NCBI GenBank assembly: GCA_040768865.1
Contig: JAXGMD010000001.1
Coordinates: 1,225,117-1,249,116 of the forward strand
Origin: Candidatus Copromorpha sp.
Lineage (GTDB): Bacteria > Bacillota > Clostridia > Peptostreptococcales > Anaerovoracaceae
Length of the DNA stretch: 24,000 nucleotides
Direction of reading: 5' to 3'
The notes beneath the pieces were generated by a model. That model made no database searches. It had not been told where the DNA came from and was given only the letters and a program-made list of their open reading frames with translations. The position numbers and the translations under genes were made by a program. Shown here piece by piece: positions 7,479 to 14,410 of the stretch. How positions within the stretch are numbered: the stretch's first letter is position 1; every line of letters begins with the position of its first letter.

Positions 7479-8921
7479 ATGTATCTGGAAGAAATAATTG
7501 GTGATGTACAATTGGAGAGCAGCAAGTTTGAGAGTAAAGAAATTTTGAATCGTGATAATGTTGTAGGATGGCTTAAAACAGTTGCGGGATTTGCCAATGC
7601 ATCGGGTGGTGAATTATATTTGGGCGTTAAGGATAAGACAAATAAATTGGTTGGCTTTGATAGACGAGATGCTGACAATGAACGCAATTACTTCAATAAT
7701 CAAGTAAATGAACATCTGACTCCAAGACCTCAAATGGATATTTCGTTTTTACCATACAAAGTTAGGGATAATGAGCGGTTCATCATAAAAATCAGTATTC
7801 CGGAATCAGTGGTTAAACCAGTAATTCTGAAATACAAAAGTATACCTTCTATATATATGAGAAGAGATGGCTTTACAAATGGAGCTACATATGAAGAAAT
7901 TGTTGAAATGAGTATTAAGAGCAAGAATACACAATATGATATTTTGGTTTCTGATGCTAAATATGAAAAAAGTAAGATATCCAAACTCCATTCATTTTAT
8001 AAAGAACATAATTATGGTGAAGAATTAAAGGAGAAATTTTTGCGTTCTATAGGCTTTGTAAACGAAGATGGATATTTACTGAATGGTGCTGTCTTGTTCC
8101 TGGACGATTACGATGGAAAGAAAACTGAAGTACAATGTTCTGTTTTTTCTGGCTTTAATAAAGGGAGTGAAAGAATAGTAACAGTTAATCGTTTTAATGG
8201 GAATATTATCGAAACAATTGAGTACATCATGGGATTTGTGAACCAGAGAATGAATCGTTCAATGATTAAAAAAATGGATAAAAGAATAAACATCGATGCA
8301 TATCCACAGCGTGCTCTATTTGAAGGTGTGATAAATGCGGTTGCACATAGAGATTATTATTTAGATGGAACCCAGATTCAGGTTGATATGTATAAGGACA
8401 GACTCGAAATTTCTTCGCCCGGTGGATTTTATAGAGGTGAAAGATTCGGTAAAACATATGATTTGTCAGGAGTTATTTCGAAACGAAGAAATGAATTAAT
8501 TTCAAATGTGCTTGTAGGGTGTAATGTTATGGAAGCCGCAGGTACCGGTTTTGATAAGATAATGGAGGAGTACGCAGAAGCAGATCAACCTCACAAACCG
8601 TATATTTATTCTTCATCGGATCATTTCACTTTGGTACTTCCGGATTTGACATACGAAAATGGCGTTAAAGATGAGCGATTAGCAGCCATTTCTTTTGTGC
8701 CTGCTTCAAATAGTACAGAACATGATGAGAAAGTTTTGGCGTTTTGCTATCATCAAGCACACAAAGCGTCAGAAATAGCACAATTCCTCGGTCTTAAAGA
8801 TTCTACATATTTTAGAAACAAAGTGTTAAATAATCTTGTGGAACAGGAGTATTTGTTGAAAAGTAAAGGATTAAGAGCATGGTATTATAGGACAAACTCC
8901 GATTCAGTACAACAACAATGA
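7479..8921 (+). CDS. AlbA_2 (Schlafen-like) + HATPase_c_4 + C-terminal wHTH protein, the family usually annotated as a putative ATP-dependent DNA-binding regulator
   Basis: The N-terminal ESSKFESKE...VVGWLKTVAGFANASGGELYLGVKD is the AlbA_2 signature. RALFEGVINAVAHRDYYLDGTQIQVDMYKDRLEISSPGG is the HATPase_c_4 signature. The C-terminal ASEIAQFLGLKDSTYFRNKVLNNLVEQEYL is wHTH-like. ATG 7479 lies 6 nt after the AGGAGGG RBS. The track start at 7473 is a GTG inside that RBS. Confidence 0.85.
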   Translation: MYLEEIIGDVQLESSKFESKEILNRDNVVGWLKTVAGFANASGGELYLGVKDKTNKLVGFDRRDADNERNYFNNQVNEHLTPRPQMDISFLPYKVRDNERFIIKISIPESVVKPVILKYKSIPSIYMRRDGFTNGATYEEIVEMSIKSKNTQYDILVSDAKYEKSKISKLHSFYKEHNYGEELKEKFLRSIGFVNEDGYLLNGAVLFLDDYDGKKTEVQCSVFSGFNKGSERIVTVNRFNGNIIETIEYIMGFVNQRMNRSMIKKMDKRINIDAYPQRALFEGVINAVAHRDYYLDGTQIQVDMYKDRLEISSPGGFYRGERFGKTYDLSGVISKRRNELISNVLVGCNVMEAAGTGFDKIMEEYAEADQPHKPYIYSSSDHFTLVLPDLTYENGVKDERLAAISFVPASNSTEHDEKVLAFCYHQAHKASEIAQFLGLKDSTYFRNKVLNNLVEQEYLLKSKGLRAWYYRTNSDSVQQQ

Positions 8922-8974
8922 GGAGTTGGTCAGTGGCAGTTGTCTGCAAACTTGTTTAAATGGAAAGAAACTCA

Positions 8975-9013
8975 TTGACCTTTGTCCCTAATAATGTATA
9001 ATAATAGGGACAA
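8975..9013 (+). promoter_or_regulatory. abiE promoter with an operator-like inverted repeat
   Basis: The -35 is TTGACC (8975-8980), followed by a 16-bp spacer and a -10 TATAAT (8997-9002). A perfect 9-bp inverted repeat, TTGTCCCTA (8982-8990) and TAGGGACAA (9005-9013), brackets the -10. Confidence 0.6.
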
Positions 9014-9026
9014 GGGAGATGGTGAA

Positions 9027-9638
9027 ATGAACACAAACATAAGCGAAATGATGAATAAAATAGAAGCAAGTCCTGAAGGCACTGCGTTTATTATTTCTGA
9101 TTTTACAGATTCAATAGGATATGAAACTGCCAAAAAGACATTGGCACGCCTAGAAAAAAAGGGCGTGTTGAGGCGAGTGCTGCGAGGCGTATACGACAAG
9201 CCGGCATATAGTAACCTTCTCCAAGAAGTGGCGGCACCAGATCCGGAACAGATAGCAGAGGCTCTAGCCAGAAGCTATAATTGGACGATAGCACCCAGTG
9301 GAAATACAGCACTTAACTTGTTAGGGCTATCTACGCAAGTTCCTGCCAACTGGGTATTTATAAGCAGTGGTCCATATAAGAAATATGAATTCGGAAGTGT
9401 AAAACTTGAGTTTTTGCACCGCGCTGATAAAACCATAGCCGGGATGTCGCAAACTACAGCAATGGTCATTGAAGCCCTCAAGGCCATAGGACGTGAAAAT
9501 GTTACTGAAGAGCATATAAAGAGGCTCAAGCGGCGTTTGCCAGCAGAGGCAAAAGAGTTGTTGATTGAGGAAGGCAGACACACTTCCCATTGGATTTATG
9601 ACCGGTTCAAAGAGATTTGCAAAGAGGAGGAAAAGTAA
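9027..9638 (+). CDS. abiEi: AbiEi-like (DUF6088-type) type IV TA antitoxin / transcriptional repressor
   Basis: TLARLEKKGVLRRVLRGVYDKPAYS is the wHTH region. APSGNTALNLLGLSTQVPA matches the AbiEi/DUF6088 family as I recall it. The start was moved to ATG 9027, which sits behind a GGGAGA RBS. Confidence 0.8.
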   Translation: MNTNISEMMNKIEASPEGTAFIISDFTDSIGYETAKKTLARLEKKGVLRRVLRGVYDKPAYSNLLQEVAAPDPEQIAEALARSYNWTIAPSGNTALNLLGLSTQVPANWVFISSGPYKKYEFGSVKLEFLHRADKTIAGMSQTTAMVIEALKAIGRENVTEEHIKRLKRRLPAEAKELLIEEGRHTSHWIYDRFKEICKEEEK

Positions 9639-10458
9639 ATGTATGATATTGCAAAGCTGCCTTCTGAAGAACGAATGATATTGTTTCGAAATACGGCTGA
9701 AAAAGCTGGCCGTAACGAGGCAGTCATAGAAAAGGACTTTTGGGTTTGCATAACACTGGATTATTTATTTCATAGATGAATCACGAAAGAGGCTTTTTGA
9801 TTTTCTTCAGAATAAGTTTATGCCGACTTTCAAAGACGGTATGAGCGAAATTATAGGCACGAATGCCGATGTTTTCGTTGCTGAAAATGATGATGGCACT
9901 ATATGCTTTAACTATCCCGGCAGCTTTCATAGCGATGCACTGCAACGTGTTATTCGTTTAGAGATTGGAGCACTGGCAGCATGGACTCCAACTCAAATTG
10001 CCACTGTTAAACCGGATGTCGCGACCTACTATCCAAATATTTTTTCACAGGCAGATACAAATATTCTTACGACTACGGCTGAAAGAACCTTTTGGGAAAA
10101 AGCAACGATACTGCATCAGGAAGCATTCAGGCCTGAAAAATCTACCGTACCGATGAGGTATTCCAGGCACTATTATGACGTGCACTGCATGGTCAAAACC
10201 ACAGTTAAGGAACAAGCTATGGCTCAGCCTAAATTATTGGAGGCAGTTGCGAAATTTAAGCAAAAATTCTATCCCCGCAAATGGGCGAGGTATGAATTGG
10301 CAAGAGTTGGTTCATTAAAACTGTTGCCTGCGGAGCATAGCGTAGAATTATTGCGTGAGGACTATGCAAAAATGCGTTCAATGATTTATGGAAAATATCC
10401 CTCATTTGATGAAATACTTGCCGGTATTACTGTATTGGAAAAAGAAATAAACAAGTAA
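9639..10458 (+). pseudogene. abiEii: AbiEii/AbiGii-family nucleotidyltransferase toxin, disrupted (N-terminal 46-aa stub plus an out-of-frame C-terminal part)
   Basis: ATG 9639 directly abuts the abiEi stop. It encodes MYDIAKLPSEERMILFRNTAEKAGRNEAVIEKDFWVCITLDYLFHR, a typical AbiEii N-terminus, and then hits TGA at 9777-9779. The family resumes in the +1 frame, open from 9754, as ...LFDFLQNKFMPTFKDG...IRLEIGA...ERTFWEKATILH... up to 10458. The GGTxLxK and SEDID-type catalytic motifs that normally lie between these two parts are absent in both frames. Confidence 0.8.
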
Positions 10459-10501
10459 CAAACAAGTAAAATAATAAGTGAAAGTCTGGTCAGAGATGGT
10501 A

Positions 10502-10586
10502 GCAGCAGGACAATATTGCAGGTAACTTTCTTTTATGAAAAGATTGTTAAATAGTGCCTGCAAATTGTGGACAACTGCTGCTTTTT
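10502..10586 (+). terminator. Long imperfect hairpin plus T-run after the abiE remnant
   Basis: GCAGCAG (10502-10508) pairs with CTGCTGC (10575-10581). TTGCAGG (10516-10522) pairs with CCTGCAA (10557-10563). TTTTT follows. Confidence 0.45.
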
Positions 10587-10589
10587 ATA

Positions 10590-10618
10590 TTGCAAAAAAG
10601 CTCGCTTGAATATATAAT
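10590..10618 (+). promoter_or_regulatory. hipBA promoter candidate
   Basis: The -35 is TTGCAA (10590-10595), followed by a 17-bp spacer and a -10 TATAAT (10613-10618). Confidence 0.5.
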
Positions 10619-10677
10619 ACAGTTAATATATTAGCTATAATTTGCTAAAATATCACATAAAGGATAATATATTAATC

Positions 10678-10965
10678 ATGAACACGAATGTTTTGAGTTT
10701 CAAAACCCCATATGAAGTCTCTATGGAAATATCAGAGAAGGCAAAACTCAGGCGGAAGCAAATGAAGCTTACGCAGGCGCAGCTTGCCGAAAAGTCGGGG
10801 GTGAGTTTGGGATCTTTGAAGCGTTTTGAAAGAACCGGCAAAGTCTCTCTTTCGTCTTTATTGAATATAGCTATGGCACTGGGATGCCTGAAAGATTTTG
10901 AAGGTGTATTCAAGAAACCGGAATACACAACCATAGAGGAAATTCTAAATGATAAAAACAGATAG
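10678..10965 (+). CDS. hipB: XRE-family HTH antitoxin (HipB-like)
   Basis: LTQAQLAEKSGVSLGSLKRFERTGKVSLSSLLNIAMAL is an HTH_3 motif. The 3' end overlaps hipA by 17 nt. The start is uncertain: ATG 10678 is preferred over TTG 10642. Confidence 0.75.
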   Translation: MNTNVLSFKTPYEVSMEISEKAKLRRKQMKLTQAQLAEKSGVSLGSLKRFERTGKVSLSSLLNIAMALGCLKDFEGVFKKPEYTTIEEILNDKNR

Positions 10966-12067
10966 AATAGATGTTTTTATAAATGAAAGGCATGTGGGTA
11001 CTCTGGCAGAAACACGGCACAGAGCTGCTTTTCAATATAGTGACGAATGGCTTGAAAACGAATTCAGCATAAGTCCTTTTTCTCTGCCTCTTGAAAGAAG
11101 GCTTTTCATTCCGGAATACAACCCGTTTGAAGGTGTATTTGGAGTCTTTGCGGATACACTTCCTGACGGATGGGGCAGATTGATTGTGGACAGATACATC
11201 AGACAGAAGTTTGGGGTGAATGCCTCCGACATCGGAGGATTTCAAAGGCTGACACTTGTGTCAGATTCCGGACTGGGTGCGCTTAACTATAAGCCTGCAA
11301 TGGATTTTAGCGGTGAAGATTTTGCAGGAAATTACGACGAGTTGGCCGAGGAGTGCGGCAGGCTGCTTAGAGAAGAAAACATCGATAATCTGGATGAACT
11401 CTTTCAGCTTGGCGGATCTACGGGCGGCGCAAGACCGAAAATTCATACAAAAGTAAATGGAGAGGAATGGATTATTAAATTCCCGGCAACCTATGACAGT
11501 CAAAGCATCGGACTGCAGGAATATGAATACAGCCTTTGCGCAAAGGCGTGCGGTATAGAAATGAGTGAAACTCGACTTTTTCCATCAGAAATATGCGCCG
11601 GATATTTCGGTACGAAGCGTTTCGACAGAAAGAGTGATGGCAGAAGAGTTCATATGATTTCCGCAAGCGGGCTTCTGGAGACTTCGCACAGGTACCCGAA
11701 TCTGGATTATAATGAGCTCATGAAGCTGACGCTGCTCCTTACCCGTGACATGCAGGAAGTGAAGAAAATGTACGACCGCATGTGCTTCAATGTATATGCG
11801 CATAATAGAGATGACCATTCCAAGAATTTCTCTTTTCTGTACGACGAGGAAGAAATGCGATGGATAGTGTCTCCTGCCTACGACCTGACATACAGCAGCT
11901 CACAGGGTGGAGAGCACGCAACCACAATTAGCGGGGAAGGGAAAAAACCGGGAAGAGAACACATTCTCCAGGTTGCCAAGATAGCGGGGATAGATGCATC
12001 GTATGCAAAATCAAGGGCGAGAGAGATTGAAGAAGTTGTGAGGGTAATGTTGGGGGAGTACTTGTGA
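10949..12067 (+). CDS. hipA: HipA-family type II toxin Ser/Thr kinase (372 aa)
   Basis: The N-terminal coupling domain is IDVFINERHVGTLA...LPDGWG. The GGSTGGARPK loop, the catalytic HNRDDHSKNFSF and SPAYDLTYS are present. A GAGGA RBS lies 8 nt upstream. Confidence 0.9.
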   Translation: MIKTDRIDVFINERHVGTLAETRHRAAFQYSDEWLENEFSISPFSLPLERRLFIPEYNPFEGVFGVFADTLPDGWGRLIVDRYIRQKFGVNASDIGGFQRLTLVSDSGLGALNYKPAMDFSGEDFAGNYDELAEECGRLLREENIDNLDELFQLGGSTGGARPKIHTKVNGEEWIIKFPATYDSQSIGLQEYEYSLCAKACGIEMSETRLFPSEICAGYFGTKRFDRKSDGRRVHMISASGLLETSHRYPNLDYNELMKLTLLLTRDMQEVKKMYDRMCFNVYAHNRDDHSKNFSFLYDEEEMRWIVSPAYDLTYSSSQGGEHATTISGEGKKPGREHILQVAKIAGIDASYAKSRAREIEEVVRVMLGEYL

Positions 12068-12099
12068 AGATTTGACTCAATTACTTGTCTTAAGATGAT

Positions 12100-12255
12100 G
12101 TGAAAAATGTTATAATACCTATCAAAGCAATATATCAAGATGGAGAACTGGAAGATAGTTCAACTGCAAACTATAAGCTGACAGTTCAAAAAGAGGGAAC
12201 AATAGAGATTAACAGGCAAATTGTCTACTATTCTTTAGATAGCAGATATAACTAA
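12100..12255 (+). pseudogene. Possible RhuM-family (virulence protein RhuM-like) gene fragment
   Basis: A 51-codon open frame reads ...IYQDGELEDSSTANYKLTVQKEGTIEINRQIVYYSLDSRYN*. It resembles, from memory, the central RhuM motif (..I[FY].EGEL.......K........G......V.YYNLD.IISVGYRV) but stops before the SVGYRV block. There is no RBS or proper start. Confidence 0.35.
12108..12116 (+). promoter_or_regulatory. Extended -10 promoter candidate for the methyltransferase operon
   Basis: TGtTATAAT lies at 12108-12116. There is no good -35, and an extended -10 can compensate for that. It is the only strong promoter-like element between the hipA stop and 12273. Confidence 0.4.
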
Positions 12256-12272
12256 AAAACGGAAGGACCATC

Positions 12273-12434
12273 ATGGATAATATAATTGATATTTTGAACG
12301 ACGACAAAGACTTGCAAGCATTAAAAAAGCAGTATGAAGAAAAATACATGAAAAATGCACCACCCTTTAATACTGATGAATATAACGGTATTGATGATTA
12401 CAAAGAACAATTAAAGAAATTAGTGGAAGGCTAA
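12273..12434 (+). CDS. Small acidic hypothetical protein (53 aa), below the track's length cutoff
   Basis: A GGAAGGA RBS (12261-12267) lies 5 nt before the ATG. The protein is MDNIIDILNDDKDLQALKKQYEEKYMKNAPPFNTDEYNGIDDYKEQLKKLVEG*. Its 3' end carries the GGAAGG RBS for the next gene, and its stop is 5 nt before TTG 12440. Confidence 0.45.
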   Translation: MDNIIDILNDDKDLQALKKQYEEKYMKNAPPFNTDEYNGIDDYKEQLKKLVEG

Positions 12435-12439
12435 GCAGT

Positions 12440-14410
12440 TTGATTATAAACATTCAAGACGATATTTTAAAACTTAATAGTATAAAAATTCTTGATAAGC
12501 TTTTGGTTGATAAAACAACGCGAAAAAACATCATGTGGGCTACGGATGCTTATGACGATGCAGGGGAATTGTATGAAAGAAATAAAGAGATAACAATTCA
12601 AGCTGTTACAGGACATAATGCCGGAGTTATCAAAACACGAGCAAGAAAGGCGTTAGAGAGTCAGGAAAAGAGAACGCGACAACATGCGGAGATTTTCACG
12701 CCACTATGGCTTTGCAATTTGATGAATAATCAAACTGATGAAGAATGGTTCGGGAGAAAAGAAGTTTTCAACAAGGATGGAGAGCCAACGGAAAAAGTAA
12801 AATTCCCGGAAGGGAAAACCTGGCAAAAATACATTAAATCAAGGCGGATGGAAATAACTTGTGGAGAGGCTCCTTTTCTCGTTAGCAGATATGATGTTGA
12901 AACAGGCGAAATGATACCTGTTAGTAAACGAATAGGAATACTCGATCGCAAATTGCGGACTGTTAGCGAAAACACCGAAACTGAAGCTGAGTGGATGAAA
13001 TGGACTATAAGAGCTTTTCAAGCGACATATGGCTATGAGTTTCAGGGAGACAATGTCCTTATTGCACGGGTAAATATGCTTATGACATTTGAGGAACACT
13101 TAGAGGATAGATGGGGTAGAAAGCCATCCTACAGGGAATACGAAAAGTTTGCAAATATCATTGCTTGGAACATCTGGCAAATGGATGGTCTAACCGGGAC
13201 AGTTCCGTATTGCAAGGCTAAAGAGGAAGATTTACAGACAAATATGTTCGATAAGATAGGCATGAACTTTGAACCAGAGGAAGAGGATGTACAGCCGCCG
13301 TGCAGGATATATGACTGGTTAGGCAAAAACAGAAGTATAGAATTTATATCGCTTAGGAACAAGAGGGAAAAAATGAAATTTGATTTTATTATCGGGAATC
13401 CACCGTATCAAGAAGAGCAGGAAGGGGACAATAAAACATTTGCTCCGCCTATTTATCACAAGTTTTTGGAAGAAGCATATAAACTATCTGATTGTGTTGA
13501 AATGGTTCATCCTGCCAGATTTTTATTCAATGCGGGAAGTACTCCAAAGGAATGGAACCGCAAGATACTATCAGATCCACATTTAAAGGTGCTGTTTTAT
13601 GAACAAGATAGCAGTAAAGTTTTCCTAAATACTGATATTAAAGGTGGGGTAGCGATAACATATCGGGATAAAAAGCATAAGAATAAACCAATAGGAACTT
13701 TTACAGCGTTTGAAGAATTAAACTCACTATTAAATAAGGTTTATGGAAGTGACGGTTTTGACAGCTTTAGTAAGATTGTGTTTACACGCACAGCATATCG
13801 TTTGACAGATATCATGCATAACGAACATCCTGAAGCATTAAGCCAATTAAGTAAGGGACATGCGTATGATATGTCTACAAATATATTCGAATTGCTGCCT
13901 CAAATTTTTTATGATGAGAAGCCAGATGATGAGACTTATAGTTATATTAAAATTTTGGGACGGGAAAACAATCAGAGAACTTACAAATGGATTCGAAGAG
14001 ATTATGTAAATGATGTTACCAATTTAGAAAAATGGAAAATTATTTTACCAAAATCTAATGGTTCCGGTGCACTTGGGGAGGTATTAACAACACCCCTAAT
14101 CGGGGAACCCCTAATCGGGTCAACAGAATCCTTTATAAGCATTGGTGATTTTGAAACAGAAGAAGAGGTAGTTGCATGTTTGAAATATGTTAAATCGAAG
14201 TTTGCGAGATGCATGTTAGGCATACTTAAGGTTACACAGGACAATCCACCGGAAAAGTGGAAATATATCCCAATGCAGGACTTCACAGAGACTTCTGATA
14301 TTGACTGGTCAAAGTCAATATCAGAAGTTGACGAGCAAATATATAAGAAATATGGGCTAAGCAATCAAGAAATAGAGTTTATTGAATCGCATGTCAAGGA
14401 GATGGAATAA
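12440..14410 (+). CDS. Eco57I-like gamma-class N6-adenine DNA methyltransferase with a C-terminal target-recognition-like domain (656 aa)
   Basis: Motif X-like AEIFTPLWLCNLMNN comes first. Motif I-like RMEITCGEAPFL follows, then motif IV FDFIIGNPPYQ (NPPY at 13397-13408). The C-terminal ...KSKFARCMLGILKVTQ...IDEQIYKKYGLSNQEIEFIESHVKEM is typical of Eco57I/TaqI-type TRD tails. The TTG start is 9 nt after GGAAGG. The alternative ATG (MWATDAY) would remove 31 aa. Confidence 0.88.
   Translation: MIINIQDDILKLNSIKILDKLLVDKTTRKNIMWATDAYDDAGELYERNKEITIQAVTGHNAGVIKTRARKALESQEKRTRQHAEIFTPLWLCNLMNNQTDEEWFGRKEVFNKDGEPTEKVKFPEGKTWQKYIKSRRMEITCGEAPFLVSRYDVETGEMIPVSKRIGILDRKLRTVSENTETEAEWMKWTIRAFQATYGYEFQGDNVLIARVNMLMTFEEHLEDRWGRKPSYREYEKFANIIAWNIWQMDGLTGTVPYCKAKEEDLQTNMFDKIGMNFEPEEEDVQPPCRIYDWLGKNRSIEFISLRNKREKMKFDFIIGNPPYQEEQEGDNKTFAPPIYHKFLEEAYKLSDCVEMVHPARFLFNAGSTPKEWNRKILSDPHLKVLFYEQDSSKVFLNTDIKGGVAITYRDKKHKNKPIGTFTAFEELNSLLNKVYGSDGFDSFSKIVFTRTAYRLTDIMHNEHPEALSQLSKGHAYDMSTNIFELLPQIFYDEKPDDETYSYIKILGRENNQRTYKWIRRDYVNDVTNLEKWKIILPKSNGSGALGEVLTTPLIGEPLIGSTESFISIGDFETEEEVVACLKYVKSKFARCMLGILKVTQDNPPEKWKYIPMQDFTETSDIDWSKSISEVDEQIYKKYGLSNQEIEFIESHVKEME
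14093..14122 (+). repeat. In-frame 15-bp tandem duplication inside the methyltransferase TRD
   Basis: The sequence reads CCCCTAATCGGGgaa CCCCTAATCGGGtca, encoding PLIGE-PLIGS. Confidence 0.85.
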
